NCBI GenBank assembly: GCA_903813345.2
Contig: CAIIXF020000001.1
Location: forward strand, 34,968,001 to 35,032,000
From: Owenia fusiformis
Lineage: Eukaryota
DNA length: 64,000 nucleotides
Reading direction: 5' to 3'
The notes beneath the pieces are model-generated. The model did not search any database and had not been told where the DNA came from. It saw only the letters and a list, made by a program, of their open reading frames with translations. Below, piece by piece: positions 1 to 12,192 of this stretch. The position numbers and the translations under genes are program-made. Positions within the stretch are counted from its first letter, which is position 1; each line of letters opens with the position of its first letter.

Positions 1-3000
1 GGCCTAGAATTATATTTGAAATATATTTTTTATGACCAAATTAAGAGATAAGTAAAACGTATAATGGTTTTTGGTTTGTTTTCTCATTCATACTCGCTTT
101 AATTGATAACGAGCCATACATAAGACATACCTTGGTCGGTAAATGCATGTCATATGCATAATATATTAAGTGTCAAACTATAATGTCAAAATAGCACTTT
201 TGAACAGCAAAACCTTGTCCAAAAAGTTCCAATGTTATCGGACATCGGACCCGATGTAATCAATGAGTAATATTATAAAGATCCGAAAATATCTTGAGTA
301 AAGGATCTCAGAATCCGAACATTACTTGAGTAAAATCTGTTAAGATCCAATGATATCGTCGAGTTTATGCAAGCTGATGATGGAATAGTGTTAGGGTTAC
401 TTTTTGGGAGTTTTCGAACCTTGATTTAATTGCTTTATTAGAAGGGTTCCTCATTATTAATACTATTGTAACATTTTGACCCAGACTGACACAACAGAAA
501 TTAGGCTATCAACACTGTGGGATAGGAATTGCGTGGAATTGCATTGAAGTAAATTATTATCTATATTTATGGATAAAAATGAATATGTTTCACGTTCCTA
601 ATCTCTACAGGTCAATTTTTTTCATTTTAGTAGCCATTGTACTGATATCTTATCTTATTCAAAATTGAGAGCGAATGAGTATATCGGGTCTGCTAACTTT
701 TACATTTTAGACCAATCAAGGGGGAATTATATCATATTATATTATATCCCGACGCCAGGAGTATATGATAAATTAACAGGAATATTTGTGATATACGTCA
801 TGTTATTATATGATCATCCGAAAGCCTACTCACTATCTCATCGGGTTTTACTCACAGTATAATCGTAATACTCAGGCGGTAGCATCGGGTCCTGTAGAAT
901 CGTACTCGAGGTATAATCGGGTCTTTCATTTTCAACTTTCACTGGTGATTTCAATGATATGCAACATATGGCAGTAAAACAAATGTGATATATTTGCACC
1001 TATTGTATCTTTGAATCGAATGGAGTAAATACAGCCATGGTTCCTACTTATTTAAGTTGTAAAACATCATTCAAATATTTAGAAGTTAAATTTAGCAATT
1101 TGATAGCAAATATTGCATTAAGTACTCATCATTCTGTCATCATATTATCATATGTCAGAAAAGAATATTTTTGAATTTACATCACATTGAGAAAGAACAA
1201 GGGGCAACATTAAAAAACAGATGAATTGATTAACAAGTCAAAAATGCATATCAATAAATAAAATATTTATCTGCTTTATTGAGATCAAATGGTCATATAC
1301 AGTTTGTTTTAAAGTGGCAGTAAAATACTGAATTTATTATTTCACATCACAGTGAGGAAGCACAAAGGGCAACATTTGAAAACACATAAAATATAACAAT
1401 TTCTGAAAGGTTACTCTAGGCTTACATAACTGTCATACTTCTGTGGATGAGCACATTCATGTGTTTGTTTATTATAAGAGACTCTATGAGCTATCATCAT
1501 CTTCTTCATATGACAACATTTCAGGCATATCTTTTGATTTTAAAATGTCAAACTTTGTGGCCATGAACAACACCATCCAATGATTGCATTAATACTATTA
1601 CATACAACTGGATCTGGGTTATACTCCATCCATGTATGGTGAGATTAAGAGGACACAAACATATTACTGGGCTTTTACACAAGTTAGGCCATATGTTTCT
1701 TGTTAAACAATGATGGTTTATTTCCCATTCCCTTGAAGAGGGTCCTCTGTGTATCGTTTAGATTGGTTGGCACACCAAAAGTGAGTTGACATACATCATC
1801 TGCAGCCTAAACTGGGATGTCCTCAAAAGAGTCCACTACGATTTAGATGTAAAAAATTTGAAGACACTCGGTGCAAAATTGACAAAATGCCAGCACCAGT
1901 CCTGTTACTTTTGGAACACCCTGTACAGTTCCCTTTGTTTTGGACATTTCCTACTGATTGTGACTTATAGTATATTTCTTCTGCACAATAAAGTTGAGCT
2001 TGATTTCTAAATATGAACATTGGTATGATCGGCCAGTGAACCTCGATAATATAAAAGATTATTGGTTGACAAAAATGATGCCTGTCAAATGTAACAATCA
2101 TCTCAATTTTGCATGTTCATTTATATGAATGTATAGAAAGGAATTACATGTTATTATGTTGTTTAGAGCCATGGTAAAAATATATATCCCTCTCTAGAGA
2201 TCATGCTTCAATGCGAGTATAAATATTAGTTCATAAAATGATAATATGAAATAAGAAAATATACTTGAATATATAAAACACAATTATCACAATCATTTTA
2301 AGGATTTTCAAAATGGCTTTCATCATTTTATTTCATGCTGAAAATTGCATAAAAGTTCCATTTTTGCACAATCCCTGGTCCTTACCTAGATTTTTACATA
2401 TCTCGAGAAAAAACTTAGAAGTACACTTTTCCCTTACTACATATAACTTTCTAGGTAAGAACCAGGCGTTATATGAACAAAGCAAGAGTTAATTGTGACC
2501 TCTAAAAACAAGTAGGTCAAAACAATTGCAAACATAACTAATCCCTACTCAATGACTATTGAAATATGGATATTTATGTGTACAAAATATAAAGCCAATG
2601 AGTGTATAGAGTGACACAATCAAACAATGGGACATCTGCCAAGTTGGGTTCATACATTCTGAAACATTTTCTGAGACTGATAAAAAATTCACATTTTTAC
2701 AGGAAGTGATACTTTCCTCCCAAATCAACCAAAATATACATATATCAGTAATGTTGAATGTTTTATCGCTATTTCTTGAAAATATACATATTTATCTACA
2801 ATTTGATCCTAAATATCAAGGATGACATTGCATATTTCAAAAAATGTTAAGTGACCCCAGGGGTGTCTATAGCCATTCGTTCTTTTATATGCTGCTAGCT
2901 AGGGACAAAGGATATCTACTTAAGAGATTTTCAAGATGGCAGCTATATTTTAAAATTGCCACCATTTTTTCGTAAACAAGATGGTGGCTGTATTTCAAAA

Positions 3001-3229
3001 TGGCCTCCATTTTTCGTAAAAAATGTAATCTTTGGTATCCTAAATACCATTGAATGAATTTGGTTTAAATTTTAGAAGCTGATATGCTCTGTTCAAGATG
3101 AATTTTCAAAATGGCCACTAATTATCAAAATGTGTTTTGTTCCATGGGATTTGCTACTCCATGGAGTTGCTATTTTGTAGTTTCCTACCACTTTTATTCT
3201 GTTATTTATTCTTATTTGTATAATTTTAG

Positions 3230-3358
3230 ACCAAACCATCCTGCCCCCAGGCACAGCATGTGGATCTGGCCTGTCTGCCAAAGCTGCTGGTGAAATGGGG
3301 CTCAATCCTGGCACCCCTGTGGCTACTTCCATCATTGATGCACATGCTGGTGCTATTG
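3230..3358 (+). CDS. FGGY: FGGY carbohydrate kinase domain-containing protein, internal exon
   Basis: AG/GT-bounded exon translating QTILPPGTACGSGLSAKAAGEMGLNPGTPVATSIIDAHAGAI; IDAHAG is the FGGY motif. Confidence 0.93.
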
Positions 3359-3651
3359 GTAAGGATACCAAGGAGCATTCTAGTGAAGTGTAGTTTTGTG
3401 ATGGGTTTGACTTGTTAATCAATGAAATCTATATTGGTTATACCAAGTTGATAAATTATTGTGATAAAGAACGTTTAGTGATATTTCTTGAATTTACCAA
3501 GTTTATGAAGAATTAGAATGTATTTGATATGACTTGTGTATGCTTTTGATTGTAGCTTGAATAAGTTTAGTAATTTTAAGAATGTACAAGGTTTGAATTT
3601 TAATCAGAGTTAATAAACTTATTATTTTACAAGTGACCCAATGAACTCTAG

Positions 3652-3746
3652 GTTGTTTGGGATGTGACATGAGTGTTTTACAAAGCAGTGAGCCATACAC
3701 TAACAGACTCATCCTTATATCTGGGACCTCCATGTGTCATATGGTG
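3652..3746 (+). CDS. FGGY: FGGY exon
   Basis: GCLGCDMSVLQSSEPYTNRLILISGTSMCHMV (GTSxCHM motif); phase-compatible; GTAAGT donor. Confidence 0.92.
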
Positions 3747-4170
3747 GTAAGTACCTGTAATAGGACTGTCAACTGAATATGATTGCTTGCTTTTGAAATA
3801 TACTCTCTGATATTGCAGTCACAACTAAAATTTACATTTGTATTTTGGTTTCCTTTATTTCAGTACATTATTAGATGTAGAAGTGAGTCAGGGATGCTAG
3901 CTGCTTTTAAAACTTGCCTGTTCAATAAGTACCAAATCCTGTCTACATATCTACAAAATAATTGCTTAAACTGTTGGTCTATATATCAGTTTAAAAATCT
4001 ATTATTCTCATTATCTTAAGATCTACAAACCATGAATAACTCTCTGGAGTCTGGATACCCTTTTCCCATCCCCTCCCCATTTAACCATCTCATTTGTCAA
4101 CTCTTTGTTCATGAGAGAATTGTGAGAGCTTAAACAAGACTAAAGGTAAAATATTTTGTATTTATTTTAG

Positions 4171-4278
4171 GTTAATAAGAATCCTGTGTCAGTACCAGGG
4201 GTGTGGGGACCTTTCTACTCTGCCATCATACCTGGTCTGTGGGGTCATGAGGGGGGACAGAGCGCTACAGGCAAACTG
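4171..4278 (+). CDS. FGGY: FGGY exon
   Basis: [36 protein letters not shown] (VPGVWGP and EGGQSATG motifs). Confidence 0.95.
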
Positions 4279-4354
4279 GTAGGTATGACCTGTCTAAATT
4301 GAGCACTGCTTGGACTGGCTAAAGTGTTCACATTGAAAGGTGTTCACATTAAGT

Positions 4355-6052
4355 TTTTGGCTCACACAGTGAGCATATGGGATTGACCAGGCGTCTGTCC
4401 GTTGGTCCGTCCGTCCGTTGGTCCGTCCATCCGTCAACATTGGCCGCATAAATTAAAACTGCTATTCAGATTGAGTCATATCCACATTCATTTTATGCAT
4501 ATCCATAATGCCTATTTGACCTATCATCGCCATTTCCCAAGTTGGCCCGGTTTCCGAGAAATTGCGGATTTTGACGTCAAAAAGTCAACTTTTCTGTAAA
4601 TACTAGACACTTTGTTGAAGTAGAACTTTAAGTAGTTGGTGTATATGCAACTTATGTCCTCTGAAGATTTCAAAGCTCTTGGAATTACGGTTTTTGGTGT
4701 TTACTCTATAAAATTTGAAAAAAAGTAGGACTTAGTCATTTTCAGGAAACTTTCTCATGTATAGAGTCAATGGCAGGTTTTGTGATTGACAAGATTCTTA
4801 AAGTTTGCCTTATACTTGATCATTTCCTGCAATAAATTACATCATTAATAGATTTAAGCATTCCCTACATATTTCTCAATATATGTCTGCATCAAAGGAG
4901 GAGGGAAGTTAGCGCAACAGATTTTAGACAGTCATATGTTTGATTTTGGCCATTTCCTGGGGATTTAAACAGTTGCATATGTTAGGCGAATTCATTACCT
5001 CCAGGAAAATCACTTCTAGAGATGATAAAATAATTTTGACTTTGAGACAGGGTAGATGCAAACAACCCACCCACATGTTTTTTCTGAAATGTTTTCCTGA
5101 TTTTCAACCCCTTCCATTTTTGCTTTTTTAATTTTTCTTGCATCAATACGTTGCGTTTTGACACACAGTTAATCCCTTAAAAGGAATAAATTATTCCTTT
5201 TAGATAAAGTGGAAAACAATATTTCCCATGTTATTTTCCCATAGGAAAAATCATTGCTTTCAGCTAAGTTTGGTCACCCATAATGGGTATCTTTAAAACC
5301 CCTTAAGGAATCACTTATTCCTTTAAAGTGGTTAACTATGTTTCAAAATGTAACATATTGATTTAGTTGATGCAAGAAAAATTAAAAAAGCAGAGATGGA
5401 AGGGGTCGAAAATTAGGAAAACATTTCAGAAAAAACATGTGGGTGGGTTGTTTGCATCTACCCTGTCTCAAAGTCGAAATTATTTTGTCATCTCTAGAAG
5501 TGATTTTCCTGGAGGTAATGCATTGGACTAACATATGCAATTGTTTAAATCCTCAGAAAATGGCCAAAATCAAACATATGACTGTCCAAAATCTGTTGCG
5601 CTAATTTCCCTCCTCCTTTTTACCGTTTTTGAAATATTTGACGTTAAAAAACAGTAAAAATAAGTTATTTTTCAACTTGCTTCAATTTGACCAAATCTTT
5701 TTTTGAAAATCATCTACAAGTTGCCAGGAGTTCAAATCTGACATTAGTTTTAGTTTAGGATCTGACCTTTACTTGACCTTCAGTGACCTTCGAAAGGTCA
5801 AAAAAGTTGATTTTTCAAATTGATTTTTGGATGTAAATTTTGGTCAGCTTAATCACAAAAGACCTTACTGAGCTCTGAATAAGTAAAATTTTCAAGGTCA
5901 AAGGTCATCAAACTAGGTCACATAACTATGCTATCTAAGTTTCTCAAAGTTCGAGACTACAAATCCAAATCAATATTTTTGTTTGGAAGTCAGGATATAA
6001 ATTCCTCTGAAGGTTCCAAACTGTGTGAGCACAGGACCGTGGGTCCTTCATT
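4355..6052 (+). mobile_element. Non-autonomous Helentron-type (HINE/DINE-like) element with a nested foldback insertion
   Basis: T-run start with ggctcacacag, (CGTC)n microsatellite, subterminal inverse ctgtgtgagc and 3' hairpin aggacc-gtg-ggtcct. Confidence 0.6.
4895..5620. mobile_element. Foldback MITE (near-complete ~725-bp palindrome)
   Basis: aggaggagggaagttagcgcaacagatttt...aaaatctgttgcgctaatttccctcctcct; arms pair for ~300 bp; a partial copy starts near 21655. Confidence 0.8.
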
Positions 6053-6155
6053 ACAATATTGTAACAAATATGAATAACCTATAAACATTACAACACATGA
6101 TTGTCACATTATAAAGTATTTAGTATTTTTTGTTGTAATATGCAATGAAGATATA

Positions 6156-7190
6156 CGAGGCCCGATCAGAAAGTAAGTAACCAACTGCTCTTATTTCTTC
6201 ATATTTTATTCAATCACATTGAAATTTTCACAGTTGATATAGACAATATTAACCTATTAAACAAGACCAATCACAATGGGTTAGCGTCAATTCGATTGTT
6301 ATTGCTGTTGCTATGGTGACAATTGTTTTGGGTAGGCGGGGCACCCTGTTTTAAGTGTCGTTTGAAGATGATTTGTAGAGTTTTTCTACATGTTGTAATA
6401 CCTCCAAATATATCAAATTCACATGTAAGACTACATTTTAACTCATAGTTCTTCAAATTAATCGCCATCAAAGTCAATGCAGTTGAGGCAATGTTTCACT
6501 CTGTCCTTAAAGAAGTGCAACATGTCACCATTTAATGACTGCAAAACTGCCATTGAAAGCTTTAATGATGGCTTTATTGCCGTCCAAACGAACTCTCCGT
6601 AACAACATCTTTGCATCTGGAAAGAATTTAGTCACATGGGGCCAGGTCTGGGGAATGGTGAGCCTGGGGTAATTGTGTGACCATGGAAAAAGCTTCATCT
6701 ACTGTATCTTCGGTAATGTTGGCTCTGTGGAGGTGGACCATTGACGTCATGCCAGTAAAATTTCCTATCAGCAACATTTGACTGAATTGAAACTGCGCCT
6801 GAATCATGACCATCATTATGACAGATATACCCTTGATTTCTTTGTGTCGATGACATATAAATGGGAAAATGGAGCTTAGTTACCATTGTGATAATACATA
6901 AAACAAATTATTCAGTCTTGTATAGAAAATTGTTAGTTCATTTGGAGGAATACAGCATGTAGAAAACCTACAAATCATCTCCCAAAGCCGCTTACAAAAG
7001 GGTGCCCCACCTACCCAAAACAATCATCACTATAGCAACAGCCATAATAATGGCATTGACGCTAACCCATTGTCCTTAGTCTTGTTTAATAGTTAAATAT
7101 TCTTTACATCATCATTGAAAATTTCGATGTGATTGAATGAAGTATGAAAAAATGAGAGCAGTTGGTTACTTACTTTCTGATCGGGCCTCG
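6156..7190 (-). mobile_element. Internally deleted mariner element
   Basis: TA-flanked TIRs cgaggcccgatcagaaagtaagtaacc, with ~190-bp inverted arms; minus-strand relic HSPDLAPCD matches the mariner YSPDLAPxD motif. Confidence 0.9.
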
Positions 7191-7312
7191 TACAATAACA
7201 CCATTTTAGATGTAAAAATAATTCCATAACTCTGATAGGAATGTTAGCTCAAAGATAATAGAATGTTTTGATTGATATAATGCTGAACAACAACAGTTGT
7301 TCTCATTTGTAG

Positions 7313-7374
7313 ATTGATCATGTTATTGAAGGTCATGCTGCATATGGTGAACTTAAAGAATTGGCATCTGAAAG
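7313..7374 (+). CDS. FGGY: FGGY exon
   Basis: IDHVIEGHAAYGELKELASE(R); AG/GT-bounded, phase 0 in, phase 2 out. Confidence 0.9.
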
Positions 7375-7459
7375 GTAAAAAGCAGTAAAAGGACATTCGT
7401 TTTATAATTTAAAAGATGGAATTTTAATTCATGATGATTAAAAGTCAGTAAGATCAATT

Positions 7460-7652
7460 CATACCTAATATGACTAAATAATAGTCAAATGTTTAAAACT
7501 TGCATTAGTTAATACCTAATATGACTAAATAATAGTCAAATGTTTTAAAACTTGCATTAGTTAACACCTAATAACTAAATAATAGTCAAATGTTTTAGAA
7601 CTTGCATTAGATAATACCTAATAACTAAAACTTGTTGATTGTTTTAGAACTT
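7460..7652. repeat. ~52-bp minisatellite, about 3.5 copies
   Basis: Repeated atacctaat(atg)actaaataatagtcaaatgtttt(a)aaacttgcattag. Confidence 0.85.
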
Positions 7653-7749
7653 GCTCATAAACTAATATTTTATTGATTTTTTCATAAAAATGGGCTCTTG
7701 TTGAAATAAAAACTTGAATAGATAAAAAACTTCATGATATTTATTGAAG

Positions 7750-7903
7750 GAAACAACATGCCCATGATGTTCTCAACTCCAAGTTAGATGAGATGGCATC
7801 AGAAAGTAATGTAGAACTGGGACAGCTGACTAAGCAGCTCCATATATGGCCAGATTTCCATGGAAACCGTTCACCCATTGCAGACCCCACTCTTACTGGA
7901 ATG
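7750..7903 (+). CDS. FGGY: FGGY exon
   Basis: KQHAHDVLNSKLDEMASES...LHIWPDFHGNRSPIADPTLTGM (PDFHGNRSP motif). Confidence 0.95.
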
Positions 7904-7943
7904 GTAAATTATTGGTACCATGGGCAATTGTTTTGTTTCTTTA

Positions 7944-9105
7944 TTATCCCATGGAACGAAGTTCGGAGGGATATAGAGAATGCCTCCGTCCATCTGTCAG
8001 TATGTACATACGTCCTTCCGGCCAGCTGTCCGGGCAATAACTCAAATACCATTGGCCCGATTTTGTTCATATTTTGTACACATATGCCATATTGGGGTAG
8101 AAGTTCTGCTCGAAAGCTGATTTTTTCCAAAATGGCAGCCATTTTTGTGCCGATTTTACAGTTATTTAGGTACAATATGTAAAACTGTAATAGCAATATG
8201 TTTTAAATGTAAAAAATGGCAACCATCTTGAAAAACGGTGGCCTTTACACGATTTTGCTGTAACTTGAAAAGTAGTGGAGCGATTGTGTTCATATTTGGT
8301 ATATGAATACTATTACCATGGCACACTGTCTAATAACACTTTTGGTAGAAGGTGGCCATTTTGAAAAATGGTCGCCATTTTAACATTTTTTAACTCGAAA
8401 AGTAGTGGAGCAATTTTGTTCATATTTGATATGTGAATTGCCAAGATCTGAATAGGTTTTGGGTATGCTGGCTGAATTACATGGTGGCCATTTTGAATTT
8501 TTCAATTTGGCGGCCATTTTGAATTTTTCAACTTGCTCCAAATTGACCAAATTTTTTTTTTAAAAACATCTACAAGTTCTCAGAAGTTCAAATCTGACCT
8601 TAGATTTCAGATTTGACCTTTCGTTGACCTTCAGTGACCTTGAAAAGGTCAAAAATTTGATTTTCGAAATTGATATTTTGGATTTAAATTTAGGTCAGCT
8701 TAATTACAAAACACCTACTGAGGTCTGAAAAAGTGAAATTTTCAAGGTCGAAGGTCATCAAATTAGGTCACAAACAATGTTATCTAAATTTTCCCAAAGT
8801 TCAAGACTACAAATAAATTCTTGTCATCAAAATTGCAGGAAGACCGCTAGCCTTGTCAACTTGAAATGTTTACAGATGCAAGAGCAGACTAGTGCCAAGG
8901 TCTGATTAGGTTTTGGCCATGCTTGGTAAATTGCATGGTGGCCAGTTTGCTATTCAAAGTGCGATATTTATCACTGTGTGTCTTGTTTTACTATAACTCG
9001 AAAAATAGTGGAGCGATTTTGTTCATATTTGGTATGTGAATACTATAAGCATGACACACTATCTAATGACACTTTTGGTAGAAGCATCCATTTTGAAAAA
9101 TGTCC
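7944..9105 (+). mobile_element. Helentron-type element family A, containing a family C segment (~8440-8987)
   Basis: ttatcccat.gaacgaagttcggagggatatag head as at 13478 and 25863; internal block matches ~57540-58089. Confidence 0.8.
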
Positions 9106-9342
9106 ACCATTGTTATAGTATCCAACTTTTTCTGGCTGGTGTTCCTTGGTTAGTGTTTAGCAACTATAAAGCGTTTAGCATGAGCATCTGTAACAAATGG
9201 TAGGTGGTGTCATTTTGCATGTTCATTCATTTTTGACAGCATCAAATGTCATTTACCAAATGATTTCTGTTGGCAAAATTCTGAAAATTGATTGTGGACC
9301 AAAACATTTAGATATTCAAATTTGTTTCAACTTTACTTTCAG

Positions 9343-9417
9343 ATAAGTGGTCTCACCTTGGCTAATGGTATTCCTGATCTGGCTCTGTTGTACCTAAGCT
9401 GTTTACAGGCATTGGCT
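9343..9417 (+). CDS. FGGY: FGGY exon
   Basis: ISGLTLANGIPDLALLYLSCLQALA; AG/GT-bounded. Confidence 0.92.
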
Positions 9418-9636
9418 GTAAGACAAGCTTTATTTTTCATCCATTTTATGCATGAAATCTACACAATCTATTAATGTAAATTGCAAGACAGTCTACCTTT
9501 GTTGACAAAACAGAACAGAATTTGCAATTTATTCTTGTTTTGAAAGTTGCTCTGTGTGATTTTGTATCTAGCTATACTCTTTAAATGAAAATGAAATAGT
9601 TCTTATAATTAGATATTGTTCGCTTGTATATTGTAG

Positions 9637-9757
9637 TATGGTACCAGGCAGATAGTGGAGGCTTTAACAGCCAATGGTTATAGCATAGATGTGGTGTGTA
9701 TGTGTGGGGGACTTCGAAAAAACAAGCTCTTTGTCATGACACATGCAGATGTGCTAG
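9637..9757 (+). CDS. FGGY: FGGY exon
   Basis: YGTRQIVEALTANGYSIDVVCMCGGLRKNKLFVMTHADVL (YGTR and CGGL motifs). Confidence 0.94.
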
Positions 9758-9856
9758 GTATGTCTAATATGAATTACATTTAAGGGACCATAGGGGATAT
9801 TGTCCCCAAGTATCTTTGTGGAATATGACTTATGAAAGATCCAATTCCACCTCAAT

Positions 9857-10421
9857 ATTATACAAATACTGAATGATCAGGAGCTGGATACGGCAGAATA
9901 CCTATTCAAGAAACAAATATGCTGAGCCCAATATTTTTTCAAGGATAGGTATTCTGGCCATATCCAGCTCCTTGATCATCCAGTATTTGTTTTATAATGC
10001 ACCTTCTCAATCAATCTTTTGAGTGTGCTATGATTTACTTACATTTTTAGAACTTTTGATTTTTCTAAAAACTCGAACGACTTCCGTCTAGCTATACACC
10101 GAACGAAAACGCATTGTCTCGTCCCGGGATATAATTTACATTCATTTTAGGCGTTCTTGTGTTTAAACGATATTAGGGTAATTGTGATTGATAAGTACAC
10201 TTTTTCCTCTATTTGCCATCAGTTTCTGATGTTAGCTTTAAGTAGAACTCGAGGTATTGAGAAATAAAACTGTTAAGTGGGGAATGTTGCAAAAACATTG
10301 AAAAACATATTGGCCAGTTGCAAAAAAATATTCGGCAGTTTCAAAAAATTTTGGCAGTTTTTAAAAAATTACCAGCAGCTTAGAACTAATCAGATTTCAG
10401 TATCTAGAGAAGGTGCATAAT
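9857..10421. mobile_element. Hairpin-ended non-autonomous element (Crypton-like architecture)
   Basis: ~140-bp terminal palindrome (caaatactgaatgatcaggagctggata...tatccagctccttgatcatccagtatttg), then tgcaccttctc, inverted at gagaaggtgca near 10407. Confidence 0.55.
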
Positions 10422-12192
10422 AAAAAAAATTGTATCATATTCAAACATTGATTTCATGATGTTCTGATTGTAAGCATGCATGAGTGCAGAACATATTTAG
10501 ACAAAAATGACTAGAACACTCACATTTTAAATATGCATAAACAAACGTACCTGATATTATATCTTTCATATGTTCTGCATAAAATCTGATTGTTGCCTGT
10601 CCATGAATGCCTGTTCGATTGTTTGAGATTAGTGAAATTAGTGGATTAAAATGATATCACAAAACTTCATAGGATGTTATATTTATCCCATAGTTCACTG
10701 ATAAAACTTAACCAAGCATTTCAAAACAACATTCAGTCATTCATTCAATGATGTGACGTCATGAAATAATCACGTTGCAATACATGGTACATTGGCATGA
10801 GTTTTCAAATCCATGGGAAGAAGTGATCTGTGGAATATTCTCTATTCTACAGATATCGCTTTTTACCACGCATTTGCAAAATATCATAAATATATTTACA
10901 TGTTATACAGATTTGACCTCAACTATGGGATAATTATAGGATATTCTATGATTTTGAGGAATATCATTTTTATCTTCGAGGTGATATTGATATCTGCACG
11001 AGAGAGCAAAGCGGATGAGTGCATATATTGATATCACCGAGTAGATTAAAATGATATTCTGAAAAAAATCATAGGATGTTCTTATTATCCTACACTTACA
11101 AGGAGTGTACTAAATGTATAATATAATTGCAAAATGAATTTCATGCCAAATAGAGTCAGTTTGGCGGGAAATCAACAAGTGGAGTATATCGTCATAATAT
11201 CCTCCGCATATTGGGTTTTCTGGAGTATATCGTCACGATATCCTCCACCCGGAGTATATCATCACGATATTCTCGAGTTATTCATTTTGCCAATAAATAT
11301 CAAAGGTGCACGTAAGATATGGCAAGCCATTTTCAAAGGGCTATATCTTTAGTTCGAAGAATACTTTAACCACAAAAACAAAAGGTTTTTTCGACCTAAA
11401 AGTACCATTTTTAATAAGTTTAATGCACGAAAACATTGAGCTATGTTACATGATTGATCTCCAAAAGAGAAAAAATGATCTTAATGGGATAAGCATTATC
11501 TGATAATCCATTTGTCATTTTTACCTCATAGGCCATGACCTTAGTGCGAAGTGTATGAAAAGATGTCACTTAGAGCGACATTTAGATGTTCCCTATTTTA
11601 TGCAATGATGTTTATAGATAGAGTTATATATGTTCCATAGATGGCATGATATATTCTACATAGGTGAGTGCTTAATACCCTGAGTGTGTATTCATTGTTG
11701 CATAATTGCGTATTATAGAAATGAGCATGGATATGTCAGGTAGCATATGTCAACATGACTGTGTCGTGTAAAGTATGAACAGTAAAACATAAATGTGTTT
11801 AACACCTAGTAAAACACATAAGAGGAAATACTTGTTTATATATTTGTATTGTACAGTGTAAATGAATATTTGAAATATTTCACATTTGTGATTCATGATT
11901 CAATACCATCTTATTTGAATTAATTGTTCCCATGTGTATCTTTCTTTATCATCAACCATATTGGGTGTTTCGAAAGTGCCTTCTGTAAAGGGGTTTGCTG
12001 TAAATGATCTTCGAATAGTGTTATATGTAGTAGTTATATTCAGCACTGTATTGATGTATAGGCCACTTATTAGGGTCATAATTCAATCATGAAGTGCAGA
12101 GGCATAGATTCCAAACCAGGAAGTATTTTTGTGTCTGTCAAAATCCATTTGCATCCTAAGCATCCCTACATCTTATCCACATATAAAGCTTT

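Noticed and set aside
228..945. Inverted degenerate gagta/tactc repeats ending in ctttcactgg
   Set aside because: Probably a DNA transposon relic, but no matching left terminus or TSD could be defined
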